64,000 bases of DNA from an uncultured Actinomycetes bacterium (GTDB lineage: Bacteria; Actinomycetota; Thermoleophilia; RBG-16-64-13), in NCBI GenBank assembly GCA_963713545.1, contig CAVQME010000001.1:587346-651345 (forward strand). The letters run 5' to 3'. A model generated the notes under the pieces. That model was not told the origin of the DNA. It saw only the letters and a list, made by a program, of their open reading frames with translations, and did no database searches. Of the stretch, positions 8,195 through 16,563 are shown piece by piece. The number at the start of each line of letters is the position of its first letter. The stretch's first letter is position 1. A program made the translations under genes and the position numbers.

Positions 8195-9876
8195 ATCGCT
8201 CCCGCCTGCACATCGTCGGGCATTGCGGCGGCCCCAGCCCAGCGGAAGCCGTGCTCCGTTCGGACAACCTCCCCAGCCGTCTGCAGTCTCTCGAGGGCCG
8301 CGTCCAGGGCGAGCCATTCCTTGCCGCCGGACAGCTCTCTCCGCAACTCGCCCAAGGTCAGATAAGGATTCAGCGCATCGGTGGCAGCCCGCTCGCGCAG
8401 AGCCGTGAGGGCGACGTCGGTCAAGGCCAATAGCGAAGGCCCGTGGAATAAGCGAAGGTTGGCCGCCGTCGGTTCCGCCGCAGGTTCCGCCGCCGCCCCA
8501 GCCACGGTCTGGGCCCCGGGTGACCGTGCCGCGCCGTGCTGGTGGCGACAACCGCGGCCGCGGCCGTCCGCCAGCAGGCCGTTTACGGCCGCGCCGATCT
8601 CCGTTCGGCCGAATCGCCACAGATAGGGACTGTCCTCCAGTCTCCGGCGCGTGAGGGCCGATGGGAACGATTCTTCGAGCAACAAGGCGGCGATGAGGTC
8701 CGGTGGTCCTTCCTCCAGCAAGGCCAGGCGGTCGTGCCATCGAGGTCCGGTGCCGTGCTTGTGCGGCGCGGGATCGATCACTCGGCCCCCGCCAACGGTG
8801 GCGACAGGAGTCACCGAGCGCACGATGAACTGGTCTCCGGGATAAACAAGAGCGCGCTCCTCGAACCGCACCTGCGCATAGCAGGAGTCCCCGGGCTCCA
8901 GAGAATCGCGGTCGGCAAGCACGAATTTGGCAAGGATCTCCGCCGTGCCGTGGTCCACCCGCGCGCGTGAGACGCGGGGCACGGGGCCGGGTGCCTCCGG
9001 CAGCAGAGTCAACCGCACATCGGCCAGGTAGGTCGGCTCGATGACAGGGTCCTTCACCACCCATTGCCCGCGATCGAGCTCATCACGGTCGACCCCGGTC
9101 AGACTGAGCGCAACCCGCTGCCCACCGGCAGCCGCTGCCACCTCACGATCGTGTACCTGGACGCTCCTCACCCGCACCTCCCGCAGCTCGGCCGGACCCC
9201 GGGCGGTCCGGGGAGGGAGGATCGCGACCGTGTCTTCGGCGCTGAGACTCCCAGACCACAGCGTGCCGGTGACGACCGTGCCGATGCCCTTGAGGGAGAA
9301 GACCCGGTCTATGGGCATACGGGTGGCTGGGTATGCGGGGCGCGGCGGTACCGCCGCGCCCAGACGGTCGAGAGTAGCCACCAGTTCAGGCAACCCGTCG
9401 CCGGTCACGCCGCTCACCAGCACTATGGGAGCATCACCGTAGGGGGTAGCGGCGAGTAGGTCCTCCACGTCGGCCCGAGCCAGTTCGGCCAGGTCGGGAT
9501 CGACCATGTCGATCTTGGTGAGGGCGACCATCCCAGAGGGGATACCGAGCAGTTCGATGATGTGCAAGTGCTCACGGGTCTGCGGCATGACCCCGTCGTC
9601 GGCCGCCACCACCAGCATGAACAGGTCGATGCCCGTGGCGCCGGCCACCATGGTCTTGACGAAGCGCTCGTGCCCCGGTACGTCTACCACGCTCAGATGC
9701 CGGCCGCTCGGCAGCACCAGTTCGGCGAAGCCTAATTCGATGCTGATGCCCCGGGTCTTCTCCTCCTTGAGCCGATCGGTATCCCGGCCGGTCAAGGCTT
9801 TGACGAGGGTGGTCTTGCCGTGATCGATGTGCCCGGCGGTACCCAGGGTCAGAGGGACGCACGGCTCCCCCCGCAT
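8128..9876 (-). CDS. selB: Selenocysteine-specific elongation factor SelB (frameshifted; C-terminal WH domains continue in another frame to 7823)
   Basis: The G-domain [11 protein letters not shown]...DVPGHERF...TKID is followed by EF-Tu-like domains II/III and winged-helix repeats. The last ~110 aa, including the SECIS-binding WH4 (LTLAEARDLLGTSRRYAQALLEHMDSEGLTLRVGEARRL), are found in the frame of ORF 7823..9064. Confidence 0.8.
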   Translation of the reverse strand: MRGEPCVPLTLGTAGHIDHGKTTLVKALTGRDTDRLKEEKTRGISIELGFAELVLPSGRHLSVVDVPGHERFVKTMVAGATGIDLFMLVVAADDGVMPQTREHLHIIELLGIPSGMVALTKIDMVDPDLAELARADVEDLLAATPYGDAPIVLVSGVTGDGLPELVATLDRLGAAVPPRPAYPATRMPIDRVFSLKGIGTVVTGTLWSGSLSAEDTVAILPPRTARGPAELREVRVRSVQVHDREVAAAAGGQRVALSLTGVDRDELDRGQWVVKDPVIEPTYLADVRLTLLPEAPGPVPRVSRARVDHGTAEILAKFVLADRDSLEPGDSCYAQVRFEERALVYPGDQFIVRSVTPVATVGGGRVIDPAPHKHGTGPRWHDRLALLEEGPPDLIAALLLEESFPSALTRRRLEDSPYLWRFGRTEIGAAVNGLLADGRGRGCRHQHGAARSPGAQTVAGAAAEPAAEPTAANLRLFHGPSLLALTDVALTALRERAATDALNPYLTLGELRRELSGGKEWLALDAALERLQTAGEVVRTEHGFRWAGAAAMPDDVQAGAIESLLAQFTTVIAPNAPPRLRA

Positions 9877-9882
9877 CCGCAG

Positions 9883-11448
9883 TCACAGTACCGCCCCGGG
9901 CAACGATCGGCCGGCGTCACCAACCGCCATACCCACCAGCCGCTCGATGGCCCAGACGACGCTCTCGGCCGCAGGCTCGACCTCGCTCTCGGCCAGAGTC
10001 AGCACGTCCAGATGGAGACTGTCTTGGGACACGCGGGCCACCACGGGGATGGGGGCCCGGCGCAGGAGCGCTTCGAGCGCCGAGACCGTGGGGACTACCG
10101 CCCGTGTAGCTCCCGTATCCGCGGCCGCCGCCGACCCTCCGGGACCTCCGGCCACTCCCGCCGGCCGGGCAGATCCCCCTTGTGCTCCGCTCTGGACCGG
10201 TTGTTCCGGGAACCTGATGCGGACGGCATGCGAAGGCAGTTCCACCAGAGGCATCGAGCCGCCGCCGGCCCGAGCGCTCGACTCTTCCACTTCGAGAATG
10301 AAGCCGTCGCCGCAACGCCGCTCGATGGCCGCCTGCAGAGCCGCGGCCAGCGCGCCCGTCTCCGCCGCGGTCCGGCTGAGGTAGCGCAGTGTCGGGATCT
10401 CCTCGCGGGCCCTCTTGGGATCCTGATAGAGGCGAAGGGTCGCCTCCAAAGCCGCCAGCGTCATCTTATCCAGCCGCAGGGCGCGCGCCACCGGGTGTTT
10501 CCGCAGTCGGTCGATCACGTCGGCGCTGCCGAGCAGGATCCCGGCCTGGGGTCCCCCCAACAGCTTGTCCCCGCTGAAACAGACGACGTCCACGCCCGTC
10601 CGCAGCGACGCCGCCACCGATGGCTCTCCAGAGAACGCGTCGAGCTCGTAGAGCGCTCCACTGCCCAGGTCGTCGGCGACCGGCACTCCCCGGCGGCGGC
10701 CTAGATCCACCAATTCGGCCAGATCGGCTTCCTCGACGAAGCCAAGGATCCGATAGTTCGAGGTATGCACCCGCAGCAGCAAGGCGGTATCAGCCGTGAT
10801 GGCGGCTTCGTAGTCCGATATCCGGGTGCGATTGGTGGTCCCCACTTCCACGAGGCGGACGCTTCCGGCCCGCATGATCTCGGGCAGCCGGAAGGACCCG
10901 CCGATCTCGACCAATTGTCCCCTCGAGACGAGGACCTCCCGCCCCGAGGCCAGCGCCATCAGGAGGAGCAGCATCGCCCCTGCGTTGTTGTTGACCGCGA
11001 AGGCGGCTTCCGCCCCGGTCAGCCGAGTGAGCAGGGTCTCGACATGGATTTCCCGCCGGCCGCGTGTGCCTTCCTCGAGATCGTACTCCAGGTTGCTGTA
11101 CGAACGGGCCACTTCGACCACGCGCTCCACCGCGGCTTCGGCCAGGCAAGAACGGCCCAGGTTGGTGTGGACCACCACCCCGCTCAGGTCCAAGACCCGC
11201 CGCAGGCCGGGCTCAGCCCACGACTCCAGGATGACGGTCATCTCCGCCACGATCTTTTCCGGCGCGCCAGCGCCGCTCGTCGTCTCGCCCGCGATGATCG
11301 CCTGCCGGGCCGCTTCCACCGCCGCCCGAGCCGCCTCCACCACCTGTAGCCGCGGGTAGCGCTCCAGGAGCGCGAGCGCCGCCGGCCGGCTCGTCAGTTC
11401 CTCTACCGACGGGAGATCGCGCAGTGCCTTCTGCCTCGTGTCGTCCAT
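9883..11448 (-). CDS. selA: L-seryl-tRNA(Sec) selenium transferase SelA
   Basis: PLP-dependent SelA family with conserved blocks NLEYDLEEGTRGRR, VNNNAGAMLL and FSGDKLLGGPQAG. The likely start is MDDTRQKAL at 11448. The gene ends 7 nt before selB. Confidence 0.8.
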   Translation of the reverse strand: MDDTRQKALRDLPSVEELTSRPAALALLERYPRLQVVEAARAAVEAARQAIIAGETTSGAGAPEKIVAEMTVILESWAEPGLRRVLDLSGVVVHTNLGRSCLAEAAVERVVEVARSYSNLEYDLEEGTRGRREIHVETLLTRLTGAEAAFAVNNNAGAMLLLLMALASGREVLVSRGQLVEIGGSFRLPEIMRAGSVRLVEVGTTNRTRISDYEAAITADTALLLRVHTSNYRILGFVEEADLAELVDLGRRRGVPVADDLGSGALYELDAFSGEPSVAASLRTGVDVVCFSGDKLLGGPQAGILLGSADVIDRLRKHPVARALRLDKMTLAALEATLRLYQDPKRAREEIPTLRYLSRTAAETGALAAALQAAIERRCGDGFILEVEESSARAGGGSMPLVELPSHAVRIRFPEQPVQSGAQGGSARPAGVAGGPGGSAAAADTGATRAVVPTVSALEALLRRAPIPVVARVSQDSLHLDVLTLAESEVEPAAESVVWAIERLVGMAVGDAGRSLPGAVL

Positions 11449-11513
11449 CTCCGCCTCCTTCAAGACGCCGACGCCCGGTGAGGCCCCCTGGGTGCGTCCC
11501 TCGCTCCCCGCTC

Positions 11514-12536
11514 CTACTTCTCCCGTTCCAGGAAGAAGTCTGCCATCGACTCGAGGACATCGCGGGCAGGTGAGACGCGTAGACCGGCGAGACATTCCCG
11601 CGCCTCGCCGATGAGCGCCCGGGCTCGTGCCCGGGCGAAACCTATCGAGTCATACTTGTTCAGCAGCTCCAGCACCTCCGCGGCGTGGCCAAGGGTCTTG
11701 CCGTGCCCCAACCGCAGTATCTCGATCAGCCGTTCTCGGTCGGCCGGCTCGGCCACGGTGAGGCAATGGATCACCATGAGCGTCCGCTTGCTCTCGAGGA
11801 CGTCGGTGAGGTAGTCCTTGCCCATGGTGTCGACGTCGCCAAGGATGTTGAGAAGGTCGTCCTGTATCTGAAAAGCGATGGAGGAGCTCTTCCCAAAGCC
11901 TTCGAGCGCTTCTCTCTCGCTGTCCGTCGCCCCGCCGATGATCGCTCCCACCTTGACCGGAGCGATCCCGGAGTAGTAGCCGGTCTTGCCGAGCGCCATA
12001 CGCAGGTAATCGTCCAGAGTGAGCTCGTATACATCGTCCCGTACCCAGCCCACATCAAGGGCCTGACCCTCGACGGTGCGGGCGCTCATCTCGCCGATGA
12101 CGTCCAGGACAGCCAGCTTGGTGGCGTCGTCGAGCTGTGGATCGCGCACGACGATAGTGCACACCAGACCCAATGCATAGTCGCCGGCGTTGATGGCGAG
12201 GGGCACGCCGTGCAAGATATGCGCGCACTTCTGGCCGCGCCGCAGGAGACTCGCGTCCATGATGTCGTCGTGGATCAGAGCGGCCGCATGGAAGAACTCG
12301 ATCGCACACCCTGCGGATAGGGCCTTGCGCGGCTCGCCGCCCACCGCTTCGCACGCCACCATGGCCATCGCCGGTCGAGCCCGCTTGCCACCGCGGACTA
12401 TGAACTCGTCCAGGATGCCGTAGAGGTAGGTGTGAAGAGCACTGCCCTCGGGGACCCCGGCCAGGTAGGCGTGCAACCGCTCGTCGATAACGGGGGTGAC
12501 CGAGGTCAGATAGTCGATGAAGAGATCAACGCCCAT
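11514..12536 (-). CDS. Polyprenyl diphosphate synthase (geranylgeranyl/farnesyl diphosphate synthase family)
   Basis: First Asp-rich motif LIHDDIMD and second motif FQIQDDLLN in a trans-isoprenyl diphosphate synthase fold. The internal start MGVDLF is preferred. Confidence 0.8.
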   Translation of the reverse strand: MGVDLFIDYLTSVTPVIDERLHAYLAGVPEGSALHTYLYGILDEFIVRGGKRARPAMAMVACEAVGGEPRKALSAGCAIEFFHAAALIHDDIMDASLLRRGQKCAHILHGVPLAINAGDYALGLVCTIVVRDPQLDDATKLAVLDVIGEMSARTVEGQALDVGWVRDDVYELTLDDYLRMALGKTGYYSGIAPVKVGAIIGGATDSEREALEGFGKSSSIAFQIQDDLLNILGDVDTMGKDYLTDVLESKRTLMVIHCLTVAEPADRERLIEILRLGHGKTLGHAAEVLELLNKYDSIGFARARARALIGEARECLAGLRVSPARDVLESMADFFLEREK

Positions 12537-12687
12537 GGGCTCCCGCTGTGTTTCGTCCTCGCGCCCCGCTGCCTGACACCGGCCGAGTATCCCAGCCGCC
12601 GCCCTGCCGGGCTCTCGCCCTGACGACGATAGCATACGGGCGGTCGGGGCCGGTCACAAGCACGTGTGGGCTTTGCCTATCCGGCCG

Positions 12688-12804
12688 TCACAAGCGCTTC
12701 TTCCTGATCTTGCCGCTCACCGCCAGAGCAAGGAGCGCGCCGATGATCATGAGGATGATCGAGACCGTGTAGGTGGTACGCATCGCATGGGCAAAAGACT
12801 CCAT
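12688..12804 (-). CDS. Small hydrophobic peptide (38 aa; MESFAHAMRTTYTVSIILMIIGALLALAVSGKIRKKRL)
   Basis: Short ORF with a GGAGGTG RBS, one TM helix and a basic tail. It is below the ORF-track size cutoff and sits between the sortase and polyprenyl synthase genes. Confidence 0.3.
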   Translation of the reverse strand: MESFAHAMRTTYTVSIILMIIGALLALAVSGKIRKKRL

Positions 12805-12966
12805 GCCACCGGGTCACCTCCGCCTTCCCACTAGTCTCTCCAGGCCCTCGAGGAAATGACGGCAGGACTCATCGTCCATACCCGTCAATGACTCCTCCAC
12901 TTCGGCCCGGGGAAAGCAGACGATGTGCGCAGGTCAAGTGGCGCGGAGGCGCCGATCTCGTGAGAA

Positions 12967-13989
12967 CTAGCCCTGCGGCTCAATGAGCTTGAAGCCGACC
13001 AGATCCCCCTGCACCACGATGCGCTGCTTCGCGCTATACAAGGGATGGCACGCGGCCAGTGAGACCTGCTCTCGACCCAGCTGAGCGACCTCGTCCACCT
13101 CGTCGGGATACACGATGATGACTCGGGTCACCGTGTAACGGGCGACAGCATAGGGGAGCACCAGGTCGATCTCGTCACCGACCTCCACCTTGTTGAGCCT
13201 GAGAAAGGGAGCGCCGTAGGTGGTGCGGTGCCCCGACACCACGAAATTGCCCCCTTGCCCTGGGAACGGGGTCTCCGGCCAGTGCCCCGGCCCCTCGCGC
13301 AGATCGCCCTTCCCCGTACCCTCCACCATGATCACGTCCAGCCCGATGCTGGGGATCAAGATCTGGCCGATGGGTTCGCCTGTCTGACCGCCCACAGACC
13401 GTTCGAAATCATCGGCGGCTGCTTTGAAAGCGGCCAGCACCGCGAGCCGCTCAGCCTCGGCCGCCGCTGCTGCCGCCGCGGCAGCCTGCGCGGCCGCGAC
13501 ATCCGGGTCTATGGTCGTGGTCGTGGTGGACTGGAGGGCGTGCTCGCCCTTGACTTCGACCGGAATGAAGTCGGTCGCGTCTAAGGCCGCACTCGAAGCG
13601 GCCAGCTGCGGGTTTTCCCTCTCCAGTTGCTGCCGCAGCTCTCGCTGCTCGTACCAGGTGTAGCCCCACGTCCCCACCGGATAGGCGAGAAGGAGCACGC
13701 CGGCGATGATCATCGCGTCGGCCAGCCAGCGCTTCCACGATCGACGCCTCCAGAAGGACCGGCGTGGCGCAGGCCCAGTCGGGGCAGGCCCGGTCGGGGC
13801 AGGCCCGTCAGGCGCCGCGTCCGTCTGGAGCGTCACATGCCCATCAGGCGCTGCCTCCTCCGGCGGCCCCGCCGTCTCGGGCGTCGTGTCCGGCTTGTCT
13901 GCCACGTCTTCCCCCATGGTGAGCAAGAGTATATCCCGCTCTTTTCGGCCCGGCTCGGGCAACAGACCCGCACGTCCAGAGTGGTTCAC
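12967..13989 (-). CDS. Class E sortase (transpeptidase)
   Basis: N-terminal TM segment and a sortase catalytic domain with conserved His (VVSGHRTTYGAPF) and the TLxxC Cys motif (VSLAACHPL) plus downstream Arg. A Pro/Ala-rich linker is typical of actinobacterial SrtE. Confidence 0.7.
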   Translation of the reverse strand: MNHSGRAGLLPEPGRKERDILLLTMGEDVADKPDTTPETAGPPEEAAPDGHVTLQTDAAPDGPAPTGPAPTGPAPRRSFWRRRSWKRWLADAMIIAGVLLLAYPVGTWGYTWYEQRELRQQLERENPQLAASSAALDATDFIPVEVKGEHALQSTTTTTIDPDVAAAQAAAAAAAAAEAERLAVLAAFKAAADDFERSVGGQTGEPIGQILIPSIGLDVIMVEGTGKGDLREGPGHWPETPFPGQGGNFVVSGHRTTYGAPFLRLNKVEVGDEIDLVLPYAVARYTVTRVIIVYPDEVDEVAQLGREQVSLAACHPLYSAKQRIVVQGDLVGFKLIEPQG

Positions 13990-14075
13990 GCAGGCGTGAG
14001 TTGCTCGTGCCTCTTGTATCGTCCTATGATGGAGTCCTGTTTAGTCCGCGATTCGCTAGGATCGAGAGGGCCAGC

Positions 14076-15536
14076 ATGATCATCCGACCTGTCATCCTCG
14101 CGGGAGGTTCCGGCACCAGGCTGTGGCCGGCATCCCGGCAGCGCCATCCCAAGCAACTGCTCGCTCTAACCGGTCCGGAGTCGCTCTTGCAGGAGACCGC
14201 CACCCGCCTGCGAGGCTTCCCCGTGGGGACGGTCGCCGATCCCGTGGTGGTGACGAACGAGGAGTACCGCTTCATCGTGGTCGACCAACTGCGAGAAGTG
14301 GGCGTCGGAGCGCCGCAGGTCGTGCTGGAACCGGTGGGCCGCAACACAGCTCCAGCTTTGACATTGGCCGCACTCTTGCCCACCGACCCTGACGGCGACC
14401 CGATCCTCCTCACCATGCCGTCCGACCATCTCATCGGCAATATCTCCGCCTTCCATACCGCCGTCGCTGAAGGAGCTGAGCAGGCTCAGAAGGGCATGGT
14501 CGTCACGTTCGGCGTGGTGCCCGATCGACCTGAGACAGGCTACGGCTACATCCGAGTGGGACAGCCGGCACCCGCGGCACCAACGGCTCGCGTCCTTTCC
14601 GGCTTCGAGGAGAAGCCCGACCTGGAGACAGCCGAGAGCTATCTCGCGGGCGGCGATCACCTCTGGAACAGCGGCATATTCATGATGAAGCGCTCTGTGT
14701 GGCTAGCGGCCCTGGAACACTACCGACCTGCCATCAGCGCGGCCTGCCGGAAGGCCGTGGACGGCGCCAAGATAGACGGTCCTTTCGTGCGCCTGGGCAA
14801 GGCCGCCTTCACAGCCTGCCCTTCCGAATCCATCGACTATGCGGTGATGGAAGAGCTCGGCGCTTCCCCCACCGAGACCCAGGCGGTGGTAGTGCCGCTC
14901 GACGCCGGCTGGTCCGACGTCGGGAGCTGGCAGGCCATCTGGGCGGTCTCGGCCAAAGATGCATCCGGTAACACCACCCGGGGGGAGGTTGTGCTCGAGG
15001 ATACCCGAAACACGCTGGTGCACGCCTATTCGCGCTTGGTGGCGGTACTCGGCGGCGAGGATCTGGTGGTTGTCGAGACCGCCGATGCCGTTCTGGTGGC
15101 TGGTTCGGACAAGGCCGCCGATCTCAAGAAGCTTGTCGCTCGAGTCCAAGACTCCGACCCAGACCTTACTCTGAGCCACCGCCGAGTGCACCGTCCGTGG
15201 GGGCGGTTCGAATCCATCGACAGCGGGGAACGCTTCCAGGTGAAGCACATCGTGGTCAACCCGGGAGCCAGTCTGAGCCTTCAGTATCATAGGCGCCGGG
15301 CGGAGCATTGGGTGGTGGTCCGTGGGATCGCCGAGGTGACCGTCGGCAACCGGGTCTTCCGACTGACGGCGGACGAATCCACCTACGTACCCTTGGGCAC
15401 CCCCCACCGCCTTGCCAACCCCGGGCCGGAGCCTCTAGAGATCATCGAGGTGCAATCGGGCGAGTATCTGGGAGAGGACGACATCGTCCGCCTGGAGGAC
15501 AACTACGGGCGCATCGATCTCGTCGCGGAGCCCTAG
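14076..15536 (+). CDS. manC: Mannose-1-phosphate guanylyltransferase / mannose-6-phosphate isomerase (bifunctional ManC/CpsB type)
   Basis: N-terminal nucleotidyltransferase motif ILAGGSGTRLWP and a C-terminal cupin MPI domain (HRRVHRPWGRFESI...HHRRAEHWVVV). The internal start MIIRPVILAGG is preferred. Confidence 0.85.
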   Translation: MIIRPVILAGGSGTRLWPASRQRHPKQLLALTGPESLLQETATRLRGFPVGTVADPVVVTNEEYRFIVVDQLREVGVGAPQVVLEPVGRNTAPALTLAALLPTDPDGDPILLTMPSDHLIGNISAFHTAVAEGAEQAQKGMVVTFGVVPDRPETGYGYIRVGQPAPAAPTARVLSGFEEKPDLETAESYLAGGDHLWNSGIFMMKRSVWLAALEHYRPAISAACRKAVDGAKIDGPFVRLGKAAFTACPSESIDYAVMEELGASPTETQAVVVPLDAGWSDVGSWQAIWAVSAKDASGNTTRGEVVLEDTRNTLVHAYSRLVAVLGGEDLVVVETADAVLVAGSDKAADLKKLVARVQDSDPDLTLSHRRVHRPWGRFESIDSGERFQVKHIVVNPGASLSLQYHRRRAEHWVVVRGIAEVTVGNRVFRLTADESTYVPLGTPHRLANPGPEPLEIIEVQSGEYLGEDDIVRLEDNYGRIDLVAEP

Positions 15537-15609
15537 AACTCTTTTCAGAATGAAGCCGCGGCCGCCTAGTGCGCCCTGGGCGGCACGATAGTGCGTCCTC
15601 GGTCCCGCA
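15537..15609. repeat. Dispersed repeat copy 1 (core ...AACTCTTTTCAGAATGAAGCCGCGGCCGCCTAGTGCGCCCTGGGCGGCACGATAGTGCGTCCTCGGTCCCGCA)
   Basis: About 66/70 nt identical to 50396..50469, with a related copy at 25068..25140. It starts exactly at the manC stop codon and contains GC-rich palindromes (CCGCGGCCGCC / GGCGGC). Confidence 0.6.
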
Positions 15610-15623
15610 CTATCTCCGGCTCG

Positions 15624-16400
15624 CTACCAGCCCCTTCTTGTGCGCCTACGCCAGGAGGGACGTCTCTGGGACGGCATGACCGCCGCCGGCCTACCTCCTG
15701 TCAGCACCATGCCTGGGTTGACACGGACGAGCATGTCCGCCTCCTCAGCGGACAGCATGCCGCGCAAGGTCCCTACGGCCGGGGCCAGCGTCCAGCTGGA
15801 GCGACGATGAGAATGGGCGTCTGACGCGATAAGGCTCATGTCTCCCCGGGAGAGGTGGCGATAGAACGCCTGCTTGCTGGCGCGGCCGAAGTCACCGTTC
15901 AGGCTGGCGGCAGTGCCCTGGGCCACTGCGCCCGCGTCCAGGCACTTGGTGAGCAGATCGGGAGTGCGCTGTATCCGGTCGTTTCGTTCGGGATGGGCGA
16001 GCACCGGCAGAAGGCCCTCCGTGCGCAGGCGAAAGACCGTCTCGACCGCGTATACCGGCCAGCCCCAATGGGGTACCTCGATAAGGAGAGCGCCCCCGCT
16101 TCCCTCGATCGCGAGTGGTTCGAGCTCCATCCTACCAAGCGTCGCTACTACGTCCAGGCTCACCTCGAAACCGAGCACAAGGTCCAACTCGATGCCGGCT
16201 TCGGTCATAGCCGTTCTGAGCGACTGGATCTCCTCCTGTGCCCTGCCGACGAACGAGAGATCCAACTCTCTCAAGTGGGGGGTGCAGACCACGATTGTGG
16301 TCCCCACAGCCATGGCCTCGGTGGCCATCTTCAGACTTGTCCGAAGGTCGGGAGAGCCGTCGTCCAGTCCAGGAAGAAGGTGGGAATGAGTGTCGATCAT
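15624..16400 (-). CDS. Protein-tyrosine phosphatase, CpsB/CapC (PHP-domain, YwqE-like)
   Basis: Begins MIDTHSHLLPGLDDG, the metal-binding PHP motif of CpsB-type Tyr phosphatases. 258 aa. Confidence 0.75.
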   Translation of the reverse strand: MIDTHSHLLPGLDDGSPDLRTSLKMATEAMAVGTTIVVCTPHLRELDLSFVGRAQEEIQSLRTAMTEAGIELDLVLGFEVSLDVVATLGRMELEPLAIEGSGGALLIEVPHWGWPVYAVETVFRLRTEGLLPVLAHPERNDRIQRTPDLLTKCLDAGAVAQGTAASLNGDFGRASKQAFYRHLSRGDMSLIASDAHSHRRSSWTLAPAVGTLRGMLSAEEADMLVRVNPGMVLTGGRPAAVMPSQRRPSWRRRTRRGW

Positions 16401-16563
16401 CCTGCAGGCGAGTCCTCCTCAAGATCCGGCCTCAACTAGTTAGGCCTCAGAGCCGAAAATTAGTACAGGAACCCGGGTGGGCTTCGGCCTGCTGCACGTT
16501 TCCATGCGAACGCGGGGCGGGCGGTTTGCCTTTCCCAGGGTTCCGCGTTAGCGGATAGTATAT

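Noticed and set aside
8800-9064. N-terminal 300 aa of ORF 7823..9064
   Set aside because: Out-of-frame overlap with selB, rich in Arg/Gly. Only the last ~110 aa (the SelB winged-helix domain) are real.
9820-10704. 294-aa plus-strand ORF, and other Arg-rich ORFs over selA/selB
   Set aside because: Antisense to selA, with a low-complexity Arg/Gly/Pro composition.
15537-15572. Mini-ORF NSFQNEAAAA* in the repeat, as a possible tmRNA (ssrA) tag
   Set aside because: No tRNA-like domain, no resume codon context and no pseudoknots are present. There are three copies, and one has a divergent peptide. This is inconsistent with tmRNA.
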